A stretch of DNA of 63,636 nt, filler included, from Perkinsus chesapeaki ATCC PRA-425 (GCA_013115145.1; 10 parts of 10 records of this genome joined end to end with filler, not necessarily neighbours in it), one strand, 5' to 3'. Positions 1 through 15,339 are shown, counted from the whole stretch's first letter. Numbers and translations: made by a program. The notes: a model not told the origin generated them from the sequence alone.

Positions 1-657
1 GGGTTCCTTCCTTCTCATCATCTTAGTTTTTTACCCTCGTATACTTGTCTACTTTCGTTGTAAATCTTAACACCGTGACACGGATGTTATCAGAAAGGTT
101 CGTGCTAGGAAGACTAGGAATAGATTATCTCAGACTCAAGTTTACCTTCCGCTACGGGCTTCGGCCAGGGACGCAACCCATGGATCCAAGGTTGTCGTCT
201 GTCCTGGCCAGCGCGAGTATCAAAGGGATACTCACCGTCGCGCGCAGCTCTCGTTCTGCATCCTTCACTGTGGGAAAGACCTCCTCTGATGCTTCAACAT
301 ACACCGTGGCTAAGAATCGGTTTGCGGCTGTCTGTGGTTCCTAGTAGGGACTCCCTACCACACCGTAGCAGCTACGGCATAACTCGGTAAGTTACCCATG
401 TTTAGTAAAAACGGTTGACCAGTTCAATTTTTAGTCAGCACCAAATTTTAGATTTAATTTGTCACTTTGAACACAAAACACGTCTTTGTTAGATATAACA
501 GCAATATATTGCATGGAATGAGATACATTCCGAAGACGACACTCGTCTTTCCCAGGCTCCTCACTGTCCCGCCTCCAGGTCGCAATGAGGAGCTTTATCA
601 CATTTATATCTGAACAAAGGTGAACGTTATAAACTAAAGCGCCTAATAATTATACGA

Positions 658-734
658 GGCGAATTTCCTTGCTGCTACAGTCGTTTAGAGTCTAAACTTC
701 AGACTAAACGACTGTAGCAGCAAGGAATTCCGCC
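658..734. repeat. Fold-back inverted repeat (about 24-bp perfect arms), MITE-like hairpin
   Basis: TTCCTTGCTGCTACAGTCGTTTAG (665-688) pairs with its reverse complement at 704-727; pairing extends imperfectly to GGCG...CGCC; intergenic. Confidence 0.8.
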
Positions 735-755
735 TAAAAGGTTTGGAAACCAAAC

Positions 756-1222
756 TTACTTTTCCTCACGTTCCACCTCCCATCGCCTTGCCGCCTTCCT
801 CAACTCGACCAAGACCCACAGCTGGGCAATCCCGACTATGAGCAGGAGACTGCTCACAGCCAGGATGGCTCCCAGCAGACCGGTGGGGTACTCGGTCTTG
901 GCCTCGCCGAGAGAGGCAGGGACGGATTCGATCCCTGGATTTCCGCTCGACGGTTCGGCGGTGGTCGCCAGCCTAACAGACGCCAGCCTAAAGGAAATAA
1001 CTGTAAGATATGAAGCGAAGACTAAATGTGGACTTACCATTCACTAGTTGGAGCCGGGGTACTGTCATCTCTCAAGGAGTCATAAAACTCCTCCATGGAG
1101 TGAGAGATGTCCCCTTCCATCTTGAACGGCTTAGCAGTGGTAGGCCCGTCGAGGGAAATACCACTGAAATCCACAGCCGTGGCGGCAGAAAAGACGAAGA
1201 CGACGAAGAGAGCGTGGAACAT
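756..1222 (-). CDS. Small type-I membrane protein (signal peptide plus C-terminal TM helix), 2 exons
   Basis: MFHALFVVFVFSAATA signal; GTAAGT...TTTAG intron at 988-1037 joins SEW to LASVRL in frame; TM GLLGAILAVSSLLLIVGIAQLWVLV followed by RKAARR. Confidence 0.7.
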
Positions 1223-2180
1223 AGGTAAATGTATAACCTGAACAACCAATATTTAACCCCGAATAAATGAAATATCAGCGATCGTTGGCTCTATAGATGC
1301 ACGTGTATTGCAAAAGGTCGCGGTATTTCCGCTCGAAAAACCTTAGGAGAGAGGGAGGCGGCTAGATTTCCATGTTGCGCAGGCGCTCGAATTCCACTGA
1401 TGGGCTCTGTACAGCGAGCAGAATAGAGCCCTTGGAACTGACACTGTCCAAAGCACCCGACGGGAGCCTCCCGTGGATGCAGAGTTATGCTATTCTAGGG
1501 GTATTCTTGAGGGCCAGAATTGCAACCGTTGCAATGCAACGTGATCTACTCATCTACAGACTGTGGATTTCTCCGAGAAGAACTTATCACGTATCACGAT
1601 GCTTAGAAGTTCTGAGTGAGAACGTATCACTTCCATAGGGAAAGGTCAAGGGTAATGAAAGTTCTGTCGCCGCCCTATTTTAGTTGATTTCCCCCTTTTC
1701 GAATGTCATCACCGGCGCCTCTGCATTTCACTCGGCACTTGCTCGCAGTAACAGCAACCCGCGTGATGATGCCGCTGCCACCACACTTGAGGTCGCGGAT
1801 TCCAGCGCCACCACCGCCGTCCGCGGACAAGCCAGTGATCAATTCGACCGACGAAGTGCAGAAGAACTACACTACCCCGCGGTCAACTCGTCGACCTTGG
1901 GAGCCCGCGACCGACCCTGGCTCGCGGAGTCGTGCTGCTCCTGTCACATCCTGGGAACAGGACACCAATGGGGAGCGGAGACATGGTATGACAGAAGGAC
2001 AACTTTATGAGTAATAGCGGGGTGGGTGGGCTGGCGAGCACAAGGGCGCTTCAGGATCCTCACGTTTGTGGACCCATCGTGTCCGGGGCTGAAGATAACG
2101 CCTGGTGAGGTGGCGTCAGTGTTGGTCAACCGGGTACAGCGGAATGTGGCCCAGCTCATTAGACGGCATATTGCTAGAAT

Positions 2181-4231
2181 ATGTGCACATCATGCACCCT
2201 GCCCAAAGGTAACTGCTTTATCCTGTGCGGAAGGGAAACTGGACGGGATCAGGACGATTCTGCGGAGGGTGATGATGATTCTCAAGCCTCGGCCCCGGTG
2301 TCAACCGAGGGACTTGTGCCGGCGACGCCGAAGGAACTTGCGGCCATCATGAAATCACTTGGTGACGTCTTGGTTGTGAAAGACGTAATCCTGGCGAAGC
2401 CCAGTCGGGTGATTTATCGTCTTGATTAGATTTGCAGCAACTCACAAGTGTTACGCGCGGAAGAATGGTCCATGGATGACATTGCTGATTTCATGTCATG
2501 GTGCAAGATACGTTTTGATCACGGAGTTCTACCGGAGGTGATACGATGCCGTGTTGTGGGGTCTGTGGAGAGCGTCCGGTTCAGGTGGTCCGAGGGTTCT
2601 CTGATCGCGTTTGTGATAATCTCGGCGATGTCTCCCATCGGGACATTGTTCGGTTCGCCAGCACTGTTGGTGATAACAGTAAATGTGTGGACGAGTTTTG
2701 GATGTATATTATGGCCAAGAGAATACAAGTAAGACAATCTCGTCACTATTAAGTGACCAGCACTCATAATCTTAAGTCGAATCGTCCCCTCCCGAAGAAG
2801 GCTGCCTGTCACGAATGAAACTCTTCCACGCCTTACCACCTCAGCGCACTAGACTGCCGGATCTTGTCTATATGAAAACAGACTACCCTCCGTCAGACCA
2901 GACGGACTAGTTATATATCACGCTCCTGGGGTGGCATAGAAGGACACAAACACCCTCAGATGGAACTTGCTTATTACTGGGACCACGGACGCTTGCGAAT
3001 TTTCTGTTGTATCTCCGCATTCGGAACGCTTGTCGACGTCCTTAGAGGAACGAATATTAATTTTGGTTTGAATTACACTCCCCCTTTACACTGTATTCAG
3101 GACGATCCCAGCGTTTTCACCACAACCGAGCTGGTCAGTTTAATAACAAGTTACACCGATCGTTCGCTGGAGGACGATGATCTCTATGCAAGTCTGACGC
3201 AAGAGCTCGGCAAGAGGTCCTAAGTTCTACTGGTGCTTCTCATATCGCTGGGGACTTCAGGTTCTCGGAGCTCACCAATAGGCAATGTGCCGACCTTATG
3301 AAGGGTTTGGCAAACGTGCGGCATAGAGACGAAGACTTGTGCGTTCGCATCCTGGATACCATCGTTGAGAATATTCACACCATTCCACAGGAGATTCTGG
3401 TACAGGTATTACGGGATTGGGCGGGCTCCGGGGAAGTTCGTGCCGCGGGCAGATTTTGGGCTCAATGAGCACCTTGGATCTCAAGGAGGACAGATGGATT
3501 GTTCCGGTGTGGCAACAACTAGACCTAGCAATGGGTAGCAGTACCGTAGTAGGGAATAGTTTGGACCGGTTGTTTCAGCGGCAACGCCTGGAGATGGTTC
3601 GGCTGGGTCTCCAAGGTGCGAATCATTCAGTGATTACTTCGCCGTGCTGCAAGCGTGTTGCCATCTTCCTCACGCTGGCGACGGTGTTTACCTCAATGAC
3701 CTCGTCCGGAGCCTCCTCTCGTAAGATACCAAAACTGAGTAGTCGCAAATTTTGCTGTTAGAAAACGAACTAGTAAGGCCTTAAAGAGGAGGCTAGTTCA
3801 AATGGTCCAGTGCTATCAACGCGGAATGGTCATGGCGGATCTGCCCGTCCTTCCCGAGTGTAAGTAGGAGCTCAGCGGTGTGATTGAAATGGTCGTGTCA
3901 GTGGCGGAAATGCTTCTGTCCGAGGAGAGCTTTGACTCCATGTACTTCCCGGTATCGAGCGGGTTCCATTTGGAGGTTGCTGCCATACTGAGGATGATGG
4001 GTTGCCATTATGAGATAGAGGTCAGTCTGCTTGGCCGGAGTCGGACTATTGGCGGTGTTTTGGCAGGATAAGGTGATGCCCTTCATTTTGGATGTTACAA
4101 TGTCGGCTGAAGAAGTGGCCAGAGTGAACTCCGAGGAGGCAGCTCGAGATGGCATCGAGCGGGAGGAGCGGGCCAATAGAGTTGTGGAATGGCTTAAAAG
4201 TCAAGGCACCAACTCCAGTGGCATGCCTTAA
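2181..4231 (+). CDS. Multi-exon helical-repeat (HPR/OPR-like) protein with RAP/FASTK-like C-terminus; start uncertain
   Basis: Exonic repeats PKELAAIMKSLGD and FSELTNRQCADLMKGLANVRHRD; C-terminal SGFHLEVAAILRMMGCHYEIE...MPFILDV resembles the N-terminal part of a RAP domain. Confidence 0.5.
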
Positions 4232-4289
4232 TGAAGTCATGCAGGAAAAACTCTTCCTCGTTTCTGAATTCAGGGTTTCGGTAACGATT

Positions 4290-6407
4290 GCTTGTCGAGT
4301 TGAATGATGACTGGCGAAAGTTTGAACTTTTTTTGACTCCTTCGTGAGCCATGTTATTCCTCTCGACGCCTCTGTTTCGGACGAAGTCTCAGCGGATTGT
4401 AATTGAGGACCTGGGCGGCCATGGGGACAACCTTTGTGTTTCTTTTAGACGGTTATTATGTATTCAGCAGCACAAACAGGATACCGCTTTGTTACGGACA
4501 AGTCGCCGACCAAGAAGGACCTGCGAATGGCGCTGCGGAAGCACGATCCTATTGCCAACAAACACGTGTAGGTTGTGGTCCTCAGCCTCTCATGCTTCAC
4601 TGGAGGCCATCCTGTCCCGCAGCGGATGCCAAGGCACAATGGCGATTATGGTAGAAAATGATGTAGACCAAAAGGAAACAAAAACTGCCTTCTGGGGGCA
4701 TCTGGTGCTCCTCCGTGACTTCCCGTTGCTGCTCAGGATGTTTTATGAGGGTAAATTAGTACCGCAACCGAAGCAGTGGAAGAACAAGGCTCGCGATAGG
4801 TGGAACAGACTGGTGGGGAGAGCTTTGGAGCCACAAATTAAAACGGCTAAGGGACAATTACTGAGGAAAGAGGGTGTGCTGTGATGCTTTGATGTTTCTG
4901 ATTGCATACAGTTGCGGTGTTATTTATAATTTCGAGGAGGCACCGTCCATGGGCTCTCGCATCTGTCAGGGTGTGGTTAGGGTTTTTGTTGTTGCTTGGA
5001 CATGAGTGATGGTTCATCCAGAGCGACAGAGGAGGACCTCTATCCGAAGTCCAGCTCAGAGTTCCCAAGTACACCGGCATTCCGACAGGAGGACTATCTG
5101 ATACCAAAAGGGCCGGACTGCTTTGGAGGAGATAGTGGCTCGATGGAGCTGTCGGATTCCCTCACGCAAGATCCACTTGGACGCAGGCTCACTTCAGTCA
5201 AGGATCACGATGCTTCAGCGAATAGAAAAGTTTTGGATGAGCACGAGTATAAGGAACGTAATAGCCGGTAGAGGGACGGGTTTTGATGAGGATCCGGTTC
5301 ATAATTCCGCAACTTACAGCTCCCCGGGGTAAGATTGATCTTACCTGGTAAAATCAAACTGACGAGGTTGTTCCTCCCAATGTGGGTTTCCGTCATCGAG
5401 CCCCTCTATCGTGCCGCTTTTGACCATGTTAATCGACCGCTCATTTGCAGAGGAGCTCTCGTAGACTCCCTCATTTGCTCGAGGAAGGACTGGACGATGG
5501 TGTGGAAATTCTTTCGAACTTTTTTCTGATGCTAGGAAGGTTGGCTAAGTTTCGACTCGGAGGGGATCCCGTAGGTGACCTTCAGTAGGCCTTTCGTACT
5601 CGTATCAGCTCTTGTTGTTATCGCTGAGATATTCACGGTTGAACCAGCCTGTCGGGGCCACCTTCGTAGGGATCTTGTACCATACAGTATTTTAATAATG
5701 CGACTATTCTGTAAAAGGCTTTATGGAGTTTCATTGAGATCATTGCTGCATTACGAATGGCCGTTGAAGATTCTGTAGTGGTGCCGAGTTTGCATCAACG
5801 TCCATTTCAGCTCCTGGCCAACGGGTAAACGAGAAAGTTCAATCATCGGTGGTAGCAGTGCAATATGATTCTGAATATTGGTTATCAATGGTGGAGAGGC
5901 TTGGTTATGATCAAGCAGTGTATTGTGGTGAAAGTGCTCCTAATCTGGAGTCATTACTTCGGTACTTTGATTGTACTGAGACTGGAATGCTGAGAGTTGT
6001 AATATACCATTCGGGGCAACTTTCTAGGGCTTCGCGACTCTACAGCCACGTTTAGTCGGTTTTCGTGTTTGCTGCATGCGCCGCCTTTCTGCTCGAATTC
6101 ATCCGTTTGTCTTTTCAGTTCGATATGTTCGATCAAGATCACGATTCTGAGATGTCACCAGCGGAGGTTGCTCGTGGTCTGCGTCAACAGGCCCTCTATA
6201 CGAAACACTCGGCAGAGTCGGATCAAGCGTTCCATGAGCTATGTGGAATTCTGGCAAGTAGAGGACCCAGAGGAACGCTCGAGGGAAATCCTGAGGAGAG
6301 GATTATAAAACCTCCAGAATTCGTAGCAGCTCTTAAGTGTCTGCGATTGGCAGCCCTGTTGCACGCACCTGAGCAGGCTAAGCAAATTAGGATACATATT
6401 TATGAGT
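4290..6407 (+). CDS. Multi-exon EF-hand-containing protein, 3' end cut by contig end
   Basis: FDMFDQDHDSEMSPAEVARGL is a canonical EF-hand loop; a second EF-like YFDCTETG lies upstream; exon structure not resolved. Confidence 0.45.
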
Positions 6408-6507
6408 NNNNNNNNNNNNNNNNNNNNNNNNNNNNNNNNNNNNNNNNNNNNTTAATTAATTAANNNNNNNNNNNNNNNNNNNNNNNNNNNNNNNNNNNNN
6501 NNNNNNN
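6408..6507. other. Artificial contig linker
   Basis: N44-TTAATTAATTAA-N44, stop codons in all six frames. Confidence 0.98.
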
Positions 6508-6598
6508 GGCGCATGCAATGTAAGCAAACCTTCGAAGGTATGTTTCAACCACAGAAAAGTCTGCGCCGTTTCTTCCGAATAGTTGTGCCCCGTATAAC

Positions 6599-8196
<1,598 letters not shown>

Positions 8197-8976
8197 CTCT
8201 TCAGATGCCACCCTCGTCGGCCCCATTTGTTCGTTAGTCCACCTTTGTTGTTTATGGTGAACAGTCACCGCCTCTATTCTCCTTTTCACAGTTCTGATTC
8301 GTCCAGCTTTTTATAACCTTCGTATCACAGGTCGAGCATGCTTTCACTAGCGAGTGCCGATTTACTGCCGCGCCTAGAATGTGGTTTGTTTAGTTACACG
8401 TACTTGCAATTCTTACAGCTATGCAAATACGCAGCTTAAGGGCGGACTCGATCCACTTCCGAGCTGGCCCTCATTTTCTAGGACATCGACCTGGTGCCCG
8501 AAGGCGTTGCTCCACATAACTTAGTGAAAGCTAGCCAGACTGTGCTTTGGTCCCTATCTATTCCAGTCTACATGATTAGTAATCTCGTTATTTTCCAATA
8601 AGAAGAGTGTTTGTGTTCCTAGTCTAGTGATATAATCACTGAGCACCAGGAAGACTCGGTATCCCGGGCTAACAGACATGGGTTATCATTCGCCCTCTCG
8701 CAGGAAATAACCGGCGCATCAAATCAAGTTACATTGTGACCCTCACAAGTGTTCATGTTAGGCGGCCCAGCTTAGGGCATGAACCTTCAAGACATGCAAG
8801 GATTCGGCAATGGCTCAATTAATAGGTCGCCTTAGGCTGCTCGAACGCCCCTGAATGGCGGAGTCTCATCGTGGACTATGCAAGCTATTGTATGCTGATG
8901 TCACAGATGGATACTTTCCTTCCAAGCCTCGAGAGGCGATATTAATTAAACCCCAAAACCAAAACCCGCGAGAAAA

Positions 8977-10585
8977 TTATTTCCTTGAGGCAGCACGAGC
9001 GACGTCGCATAACGCGGATTTCAAGGCGGCCTCCCACTCTGCCAGACTGAGAGGGCTCGTAATGTAATCAGCGTTGCGCAGCAGGCGAGCATTCTGGGAG
9101 ATATTAGCTACGATCGCCTTTACAACTGAGATACCTACCGACACAAATTCGAATCAATACGGAACTGGAATCCTCGCCATACTCGCCGATATGTCCTCTG
9201 AGCTCAAAACATCCTCAAGCGGAGGGGGTACCGTTACAGGCACGAAAGCAAAGACCTTCGCTACGACGGCGCTGTATAACTGAAGATTGCTGTCCTTTTT
9301 AGTAGAAGGTGTGTGCAGAAATGCAGAGGCGAATGCTGTGACCTTATCACCTGTGAAGCGTCTAAAATGATATGAACCACTGTCAACGAGACTTACTGTT
9401 TTGGAATGCTGACTGCGTCACAGAGTTTACTGCTGCTGTTGCGGCCGCCACGTGGGCATCTGAGGCAGATACAAGTAAAGTGGATAGTGGTCCTATTTAG
9501 CAGACCGATAGTAGCTCTCTCCATCAAGTCAATGTTGACACGAGGAAAGGTCGCTGCACACATAACTAATTAGCTGGAATTAATCATGTACTAGGCAACT
9601 TGCGAAATGGAGACGTTGTATCGAGAGCAGTGCACGCTTTCAAAACTCTGATCATTCATGGTACTTCGCAAGGGTCTTAGTAAGATGATGAGTATCGTCT
9701 TGGCCGAGGGTGTATTTAACATGTAAACCACTCAGTGATCCGACGGTACTCACCTCGAAATCCTAAAGACTGCGCAACAGAGCTTGTCACCGCCGATAAG
9801 CCACGGAACCTTTCGGGATCACTTTGCCCGATCGCTCTTTTCTCATCCGAGGCGAAATTGACTATGCCGCTCCCTAAGAACGCTCCACATCGACAGAGAC
9901 ATTCCGTAGAAAACCTACGGGTGCCCAGCTCACACCAGCAGCAAAAAAGTTCGCAGTTTTTCTCTAAAAGGTTGTATTCGACTTCAGAGTTGTTGACCAT
10001 GGACAAGGCTCGCAAGGCGACCATCCATACCGGATCTGGCACTTTCAGCGAGCATGTGCCAGCGCGCTCGGATTGAACCTAATAGGAAGGCATGGCGGGG
10101 CACTTTTTCGGAAGCTCTTTCAGACTTGCTCATTCGTGCAACCGTATTTGAATCGCTTGACAGAGGTGGTCCCCTGTTCGCCAGCGAAGGTTCCGAGTGA
10201 AGTCATTTTTATCGCCGAATCACTGGCTTGGTGACCCGCAAAATGCACCACGGTGCCTGCCAGAAAAATTTGACGAGGCGAGAGCCATCGATCTCTTACA
10301 GCACACTCCGCGATGGTCACAGCTTTCGTTTGGGCACGGGTTGACATCCACAACAATGCCATGATGCGAGTACCTATCACGGTATTGGTACTGTTCCGCA
10401 ACTTGGGATGCTCTATATGTCTACAGCGAACCTTTTCGCCACTGATATATATGGTCTCCGACCTTCAAGTCAGCCTTGGACACAGAATTGCTCATTGACT
10501 TGGTCGCGACACCCCAAAGAAAGGAAGCTGCCGCCAGGGCTGCTGTAGCTGCGGCTGCATTCGAAGTAGTCGAAGATTCGTCCAT
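8977..10585 (-). CDS. LRAT/PLAAT-like permuted NlpC/P60 domain protein (NC domain), multi-exon
   Basis: LKVGDHIYQWRKGSL|YSHHGIVVD (joined across a GT-AG intron), VVHF and YNLLEKNCELF give the H-H-C triad; 3' end approximate. Confidence 0.8.
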
Positions 10586-10909
10586 CAGAATCGCAAGGGG
10601 AGCAACTTCACACGTCCTTCGCTATGGAAGCTGCACATAGAATGGATAGTCTAACTAAGCCAATTTTCGGCGCTGGACAATAAACTCACACACACACACG
10701 CTATGGAAGCCGCATGGGGGCCGAGCTTCGGGATGGCGACATCGGCGTACAGCGTGATATTCTTTCTGATCCTGATTGCCAAGCGGATCTGGCTTCGAAT
10801 CGCCACGGCCCTTCCAGAACTTTGAAACACAACAGGCGGGTATGCCATGCAACTGCAAGACTGACCAAAGACCTGATGGCGCCCTCTACTCCACGACTTA
10901 TACGACATA

Positions 10910-13500
10910 TCAAGAATGATTAACGAAAATATCGCCTTCGACAAACTTCTGAAACATGTACAGTGTCTCGGCCGGCCTGTCCATAGGAGCCATGTGACCG
11001 GCATTATAAACTCTTAAGAAGGCGAAATTTTCATACTGCTGAAGGGCGCCGACTGGGAACACCACAGCGCCGGAGTCTGACAGACATGATGCAAAAGAAC
11101 GAGATCCGAGCTTACCGTTAAGCTTCCCCCATGGAGCAGGCGTCACCGCGCTGAAATTTGCTTGGTGCTCCCATTGCAGAGAATTCGTCCAGGCTTGGTT
11201 ACCCAACCAATTGCACAGATAGTCTTGATCACCGGCATAGATGAGAACTCGGGCTCCTCTGCTGAGGACAAGCTCAACATCTGACGCATGAGACCTGGAA
11301 AACTCGGTCGGACGAAGGTGAAATGCCACCTGAAATAGAATTGGAGTGATAACAAAGACACCAAATGCTCGCACTAACATTTACAATCGTAAATCGCAAC
11401 TGTACTTTCACCGAGAGAAAAATTCAATCCGATGGCCATTGTTACATAAATGGTTCATTAGAAATATCTTAGAAATATAAACGATAAATGTCCTAGCGTT
11501 TGCGTACACCAAGCGAGTCCGGCCTCCATGGCCTAAGCGCGCCTAGGCCCTTCATAACGGTAGGCTTATTAAGGTACTTCTCTAAGGGAGAGAAATCATA
11601 ATTACCCTTCTTCCGCAAATCATATCTGAAACGAAACTCTCATGTTGAAGTAGCCAATGATTGCCACTTGTTGTATCCGGCATCCATTATCGGCATTATC
11701 AACGTGAATGCATAAGTCACCCAAGCCCTTACACAGACGTCAGGTAGACTGAACCAGGAACGTCGAGCCTGATAATAAGACGCCAACAACAGTACTCGAA
11801 CAAGTGCAGCTAGTTGTATATTTTGAAGGCGAGAAAGTTTTGAATATAAACAAAGATTAGGAGTGAATACACCTGTGGAGTTGAACAACGACAGCCTTCG
11901 GACCGCCAATACGGCACGCCGTATCCAATACTCCTAGGTGCAGTTGAACAACGACAGCCTTCGGACCACCAATACGGCACGCCGTATCCAATACTCCTAG
12001 GAAGATACAAAGAAGCTGATCAACTGGTGGAAAAAATTGCTGCATCTCACCGGAATCATTCCGGCGAGTGGCACCGAATGCAAGCACTGGCTTGAATTCA
12101 CATTGCGGCCACACCAAGTATCGAACGATACAGTAACCTACTTCCTTGGGCGTCTCTGTGCAGGCCTCGAAGTCACGCTTTAGCTGAGGGAGCGCTTTCT
12201 CCATTCCCTCGTAGGTCTCTTTCGAGATCACCGACGGTGCTGTGGTCGAGTTGTAAGCCTGAAAAACCATAGCTTTCAGCGATGAGGGTGCGATCTCTTA
12301 CCATTTGAGGGAACCATTGCATCTGGACTTCCGGAACAGTGATCCCATTTCCTATTGCCATGCCGCGGAAATCTATAACTACTCTTTCAGAATTGGTACC
12401 TGACTGCGGCTTGGGGCGATGCAATACCACAAGAGATATCTTGCTCGATGTGAGAGATAACATGAATCCCTGCCGCACTCTGGGGCAATTTGGATTCCCC
12501 ACATGGTACATGCAAGTACGCAGCTAGCAAACGAATGGCATCCCTAGATAGCGCTAACACTTGTATAAGAGAAGGATGAAGGGGACAAAGGCCATATGAA
12601 CACCACTTTCAGGCAGTAATATCAGGGTAAGGCCGTTTCACGAAATGATGGTCATGCGAACAGTACAGTGTAAACTACCGCCTACTGAATGCAACACTGG
12701 TAGGAGCCGACCTGGTAACTAGTAAATCTATTGTAGGTTCAGAAGTAAAAAAGTGATGTCAACAAACTAGGACATAGTGGCACATATAGTTGATATGATA
12801 ATAATATGCTGCTTTAACTACTCCCCAACTTGCCAGCTATTAACATATAAAACACGGTATTGATTACTATCATCCCCTACTAGAAAAGTATATAACAAAG
12901 AGCATCAACGACCGATGATTTTCCCACCTTCGGTTTTAATCTGTCCATTCTTCCTCACAATCCTTGCTGCCAATGACGGCACGTACTGACCACCAAAAGA
13001 CTCTCCTGTTATATAGAATTCTTTATTATATTCTGGAAACCTTTTAAAGAAGGCTTGAAGAAACTTATACATATCCTCCGACACTTCGTCCTCGTCTCTA
13101 TCATAAGCCCCAGTCGAGAACCCCGTTCCCGCGGGTTGGTCAACCCATAGCATATTAGAAGCCTCCGTCCAGCTGAACGGGTTCGGAACAGTCGTGGCGT
13201 TCGGCTGGATATTGCATGGACCATTCTCCATCAGTAACGCTAACATGGAGCTCGAGCCTGGCCCGCCGCTCAGCCACAGCGTAGTCGGAGACTTTTTCTT
13301 GCCAGGCTGTCTGGACTCGAAAAACCAGAAGAAGTATTTCTTGTTCAACATGGGGTCGACCGTGAAGTAGCCGCTGTACTGCTGTACGGTCGAATCACAG
13401 AGCTTTGGCTCTCTCAAGATAACGTGCCCACAACAACCACCGATGTCGTAGGTGAGATGCTGGCTGTACTGGATGCCGTCTTCACTCGCCATGCTTTGTA
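10910..13500 (-). CDS. Serine carboxypeptidase S10 (carboxypeptidase Y-like), multi-exon; N-terminus not resolved
   Basis: QYSGYF, FFWFFESR, LWLSGGPGSSS, WVDQPAGTGFS, ITGESFGGQYVP (Ser), AIGNG, LIYAGDQDYLCN (Asp), FLRVYNAGHM (His). Confidence 0.93.
11879..12001. repeat. 63-bp-period tandem duplication inside the carboxypeptidase gene
   Basis: 11879-11938 matches 11942-12001 with one mismatch. Confidence 0.92.
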
Positions 13501-13614
13501 GGCCAAACATTTGAGCAGAGTTGCTGGAGCACACTGAGAAAGGAAGCCAAGTCACGGGGTGTGCCGAAGTAGTAGAGTAAGCAGATCTCGCGCATGGCTG
13601 GGGCGACAAACGGG

Positions 13615-15339
13615 TCACTCAGTGTTAACTAGACGTACAGCGTCGACGAGCTGATGGCAGGATTCACAAAGCCGAAGCGCGGGAAACCACGAGCCTGCCG
13701 GAACAGGGGAACTGGTAACGGGCCTGAACTCTTTTTTGAAGTTTAGAGGACATCCAAACAACAACCGAGGGGAGCCGGAGTGGCGCAATGCCGAAACAAT
13801 CATAGCATCAAGACGCCTTACCTTTTGGTCTGGGAATTGCTGCTGCAGAGCCTCCGTCATTCACCCACATCAACATAGTCAATGGACCAGCTATGAATAT
13901 AGCCAGAATTGTAGTCCTGAAAACGCTGCTAGACCAGAGCGCCTTCTGACGTCTTCGGCAGCGCATTGACCATCTCTCCCTCGGACGGAGGAGGGGCTCG
14001 TAGACTTCTGTTGCTGCTGGTGGAAGAAGAACCATCACAAACTCATAACGTACCGGAGCTGAAAAGTGAAAACAGACAAGGTAAAAACTCCAGTGTGTAA
14101 ATTTGGACTTGCCCACCAAGCGGAAAATCACACACTATCATTTTTATCTAAAAGCTGATAAACTACGGTGGCAAGTTAATTTCCCAGCCCTACTGACGAT
14201 TGGGTGACCACACCCGGCCGAAACGAAAACACATTCGACATTTTCCACATGATAAAGATGGAGCTTCTGGATTGCTTTGATAATCGGCGCTTCAACACAA
14301 TCCAAGCTGTCTCCGGAAACCGTAAGATTTTCAGAAACTTGAAACGCCTTGAATAAATCATGCTTCGGCAAGCTGTGCGTGTTTCAATCGCATTTTCTCG
14401 AATTGGTCGATTTTCCTCTTTCGTTCGACAACGAGTCGGCAGCGTGAACGAATGTCCTCTAACAGATCGGTAAAGACGTCAAAGTTCTTGACAGCCACAT
14501 TGCAGTCTTCGGCGTGCTGCCTCGCTGTAGGGTGGACTCCAACCTGAACGTCAATAAAAAGAACCTAGTAGGATCGCCACACACATGGAAACATGAATCG
14601 CAGTGGGAGTATGCCACCTAAGGGTCTGGCTCAGCCAAACTTTAACTTTATCAGTGTACTGCAGATGCGAAAGCGCGAATGGTATCGTTCGACTCGCAAT
14701 GCCAATTTCTTACTTGTATTGTGTAAATGGGACAGTAGCCATAATCTCGCTCAACAACTGCATGCTCAACATCCTTCTTCAGAACTGGACCAACTCCACC
14801 GTGAACAATAGGTATCCTCATATCTGACACCTCTAGCTAAACCGAGAGCTCTCATTCCGTGCTCCACCTTACTGAATTCCTTCTCAATCAATTCAATCTC
14901 ATCCATTATACCATCGAAGACGTTCACCGATTGCGTCTTCAGTATGACCGGTAGGACCAGTTTCGCTTCTGGCAGATCGTCATACCTAATATCGTCATAT
15001 GTGAACGTGCATTTACCAGCTGCAGTCGGCGTACAGTCACGAAAGTTCGGAGAAAGTCCAAAAAATTGGAAGTGATAAGAATGCGCTTTCTTATCAACTG
15101 ATGAAACCATGCACGTACCCCAACACCGCAACTTCATATCCTGCGCCCCACGACCGCAAAGTCAGAATGCCACTTGGAAAATTTATAATGGGAGATTTTA
15201 TGAGCTCGGCAAACAAGGGTGAACTTGTGTCATAGACAGAAGCCCACCACCATATAATGAACCCCGAGTTAGCGGAGTCTCGGATGCGGAGACCTAGTAC
15301 TGATTGGCGCACGGTAATTGAACTTATATCGATTATCAA
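13615..15339 (-). CDS. Hypothetical multi-exon protein with a likely TM segment near the C-terminus
   Basis: Chain of minus-strand ORF segments with GT/AG flanks; hydrophobic TTILAIFIAGPLTMLMW; no family recognised. Confidence 0.35.

Noticed and set aside
6452-6463. Recurring TTAATTAATTAA flanked by N runs as a biological repeat
   Set aside because: Identical 100-nt six-frame-stop linker at all nine joins; artificial
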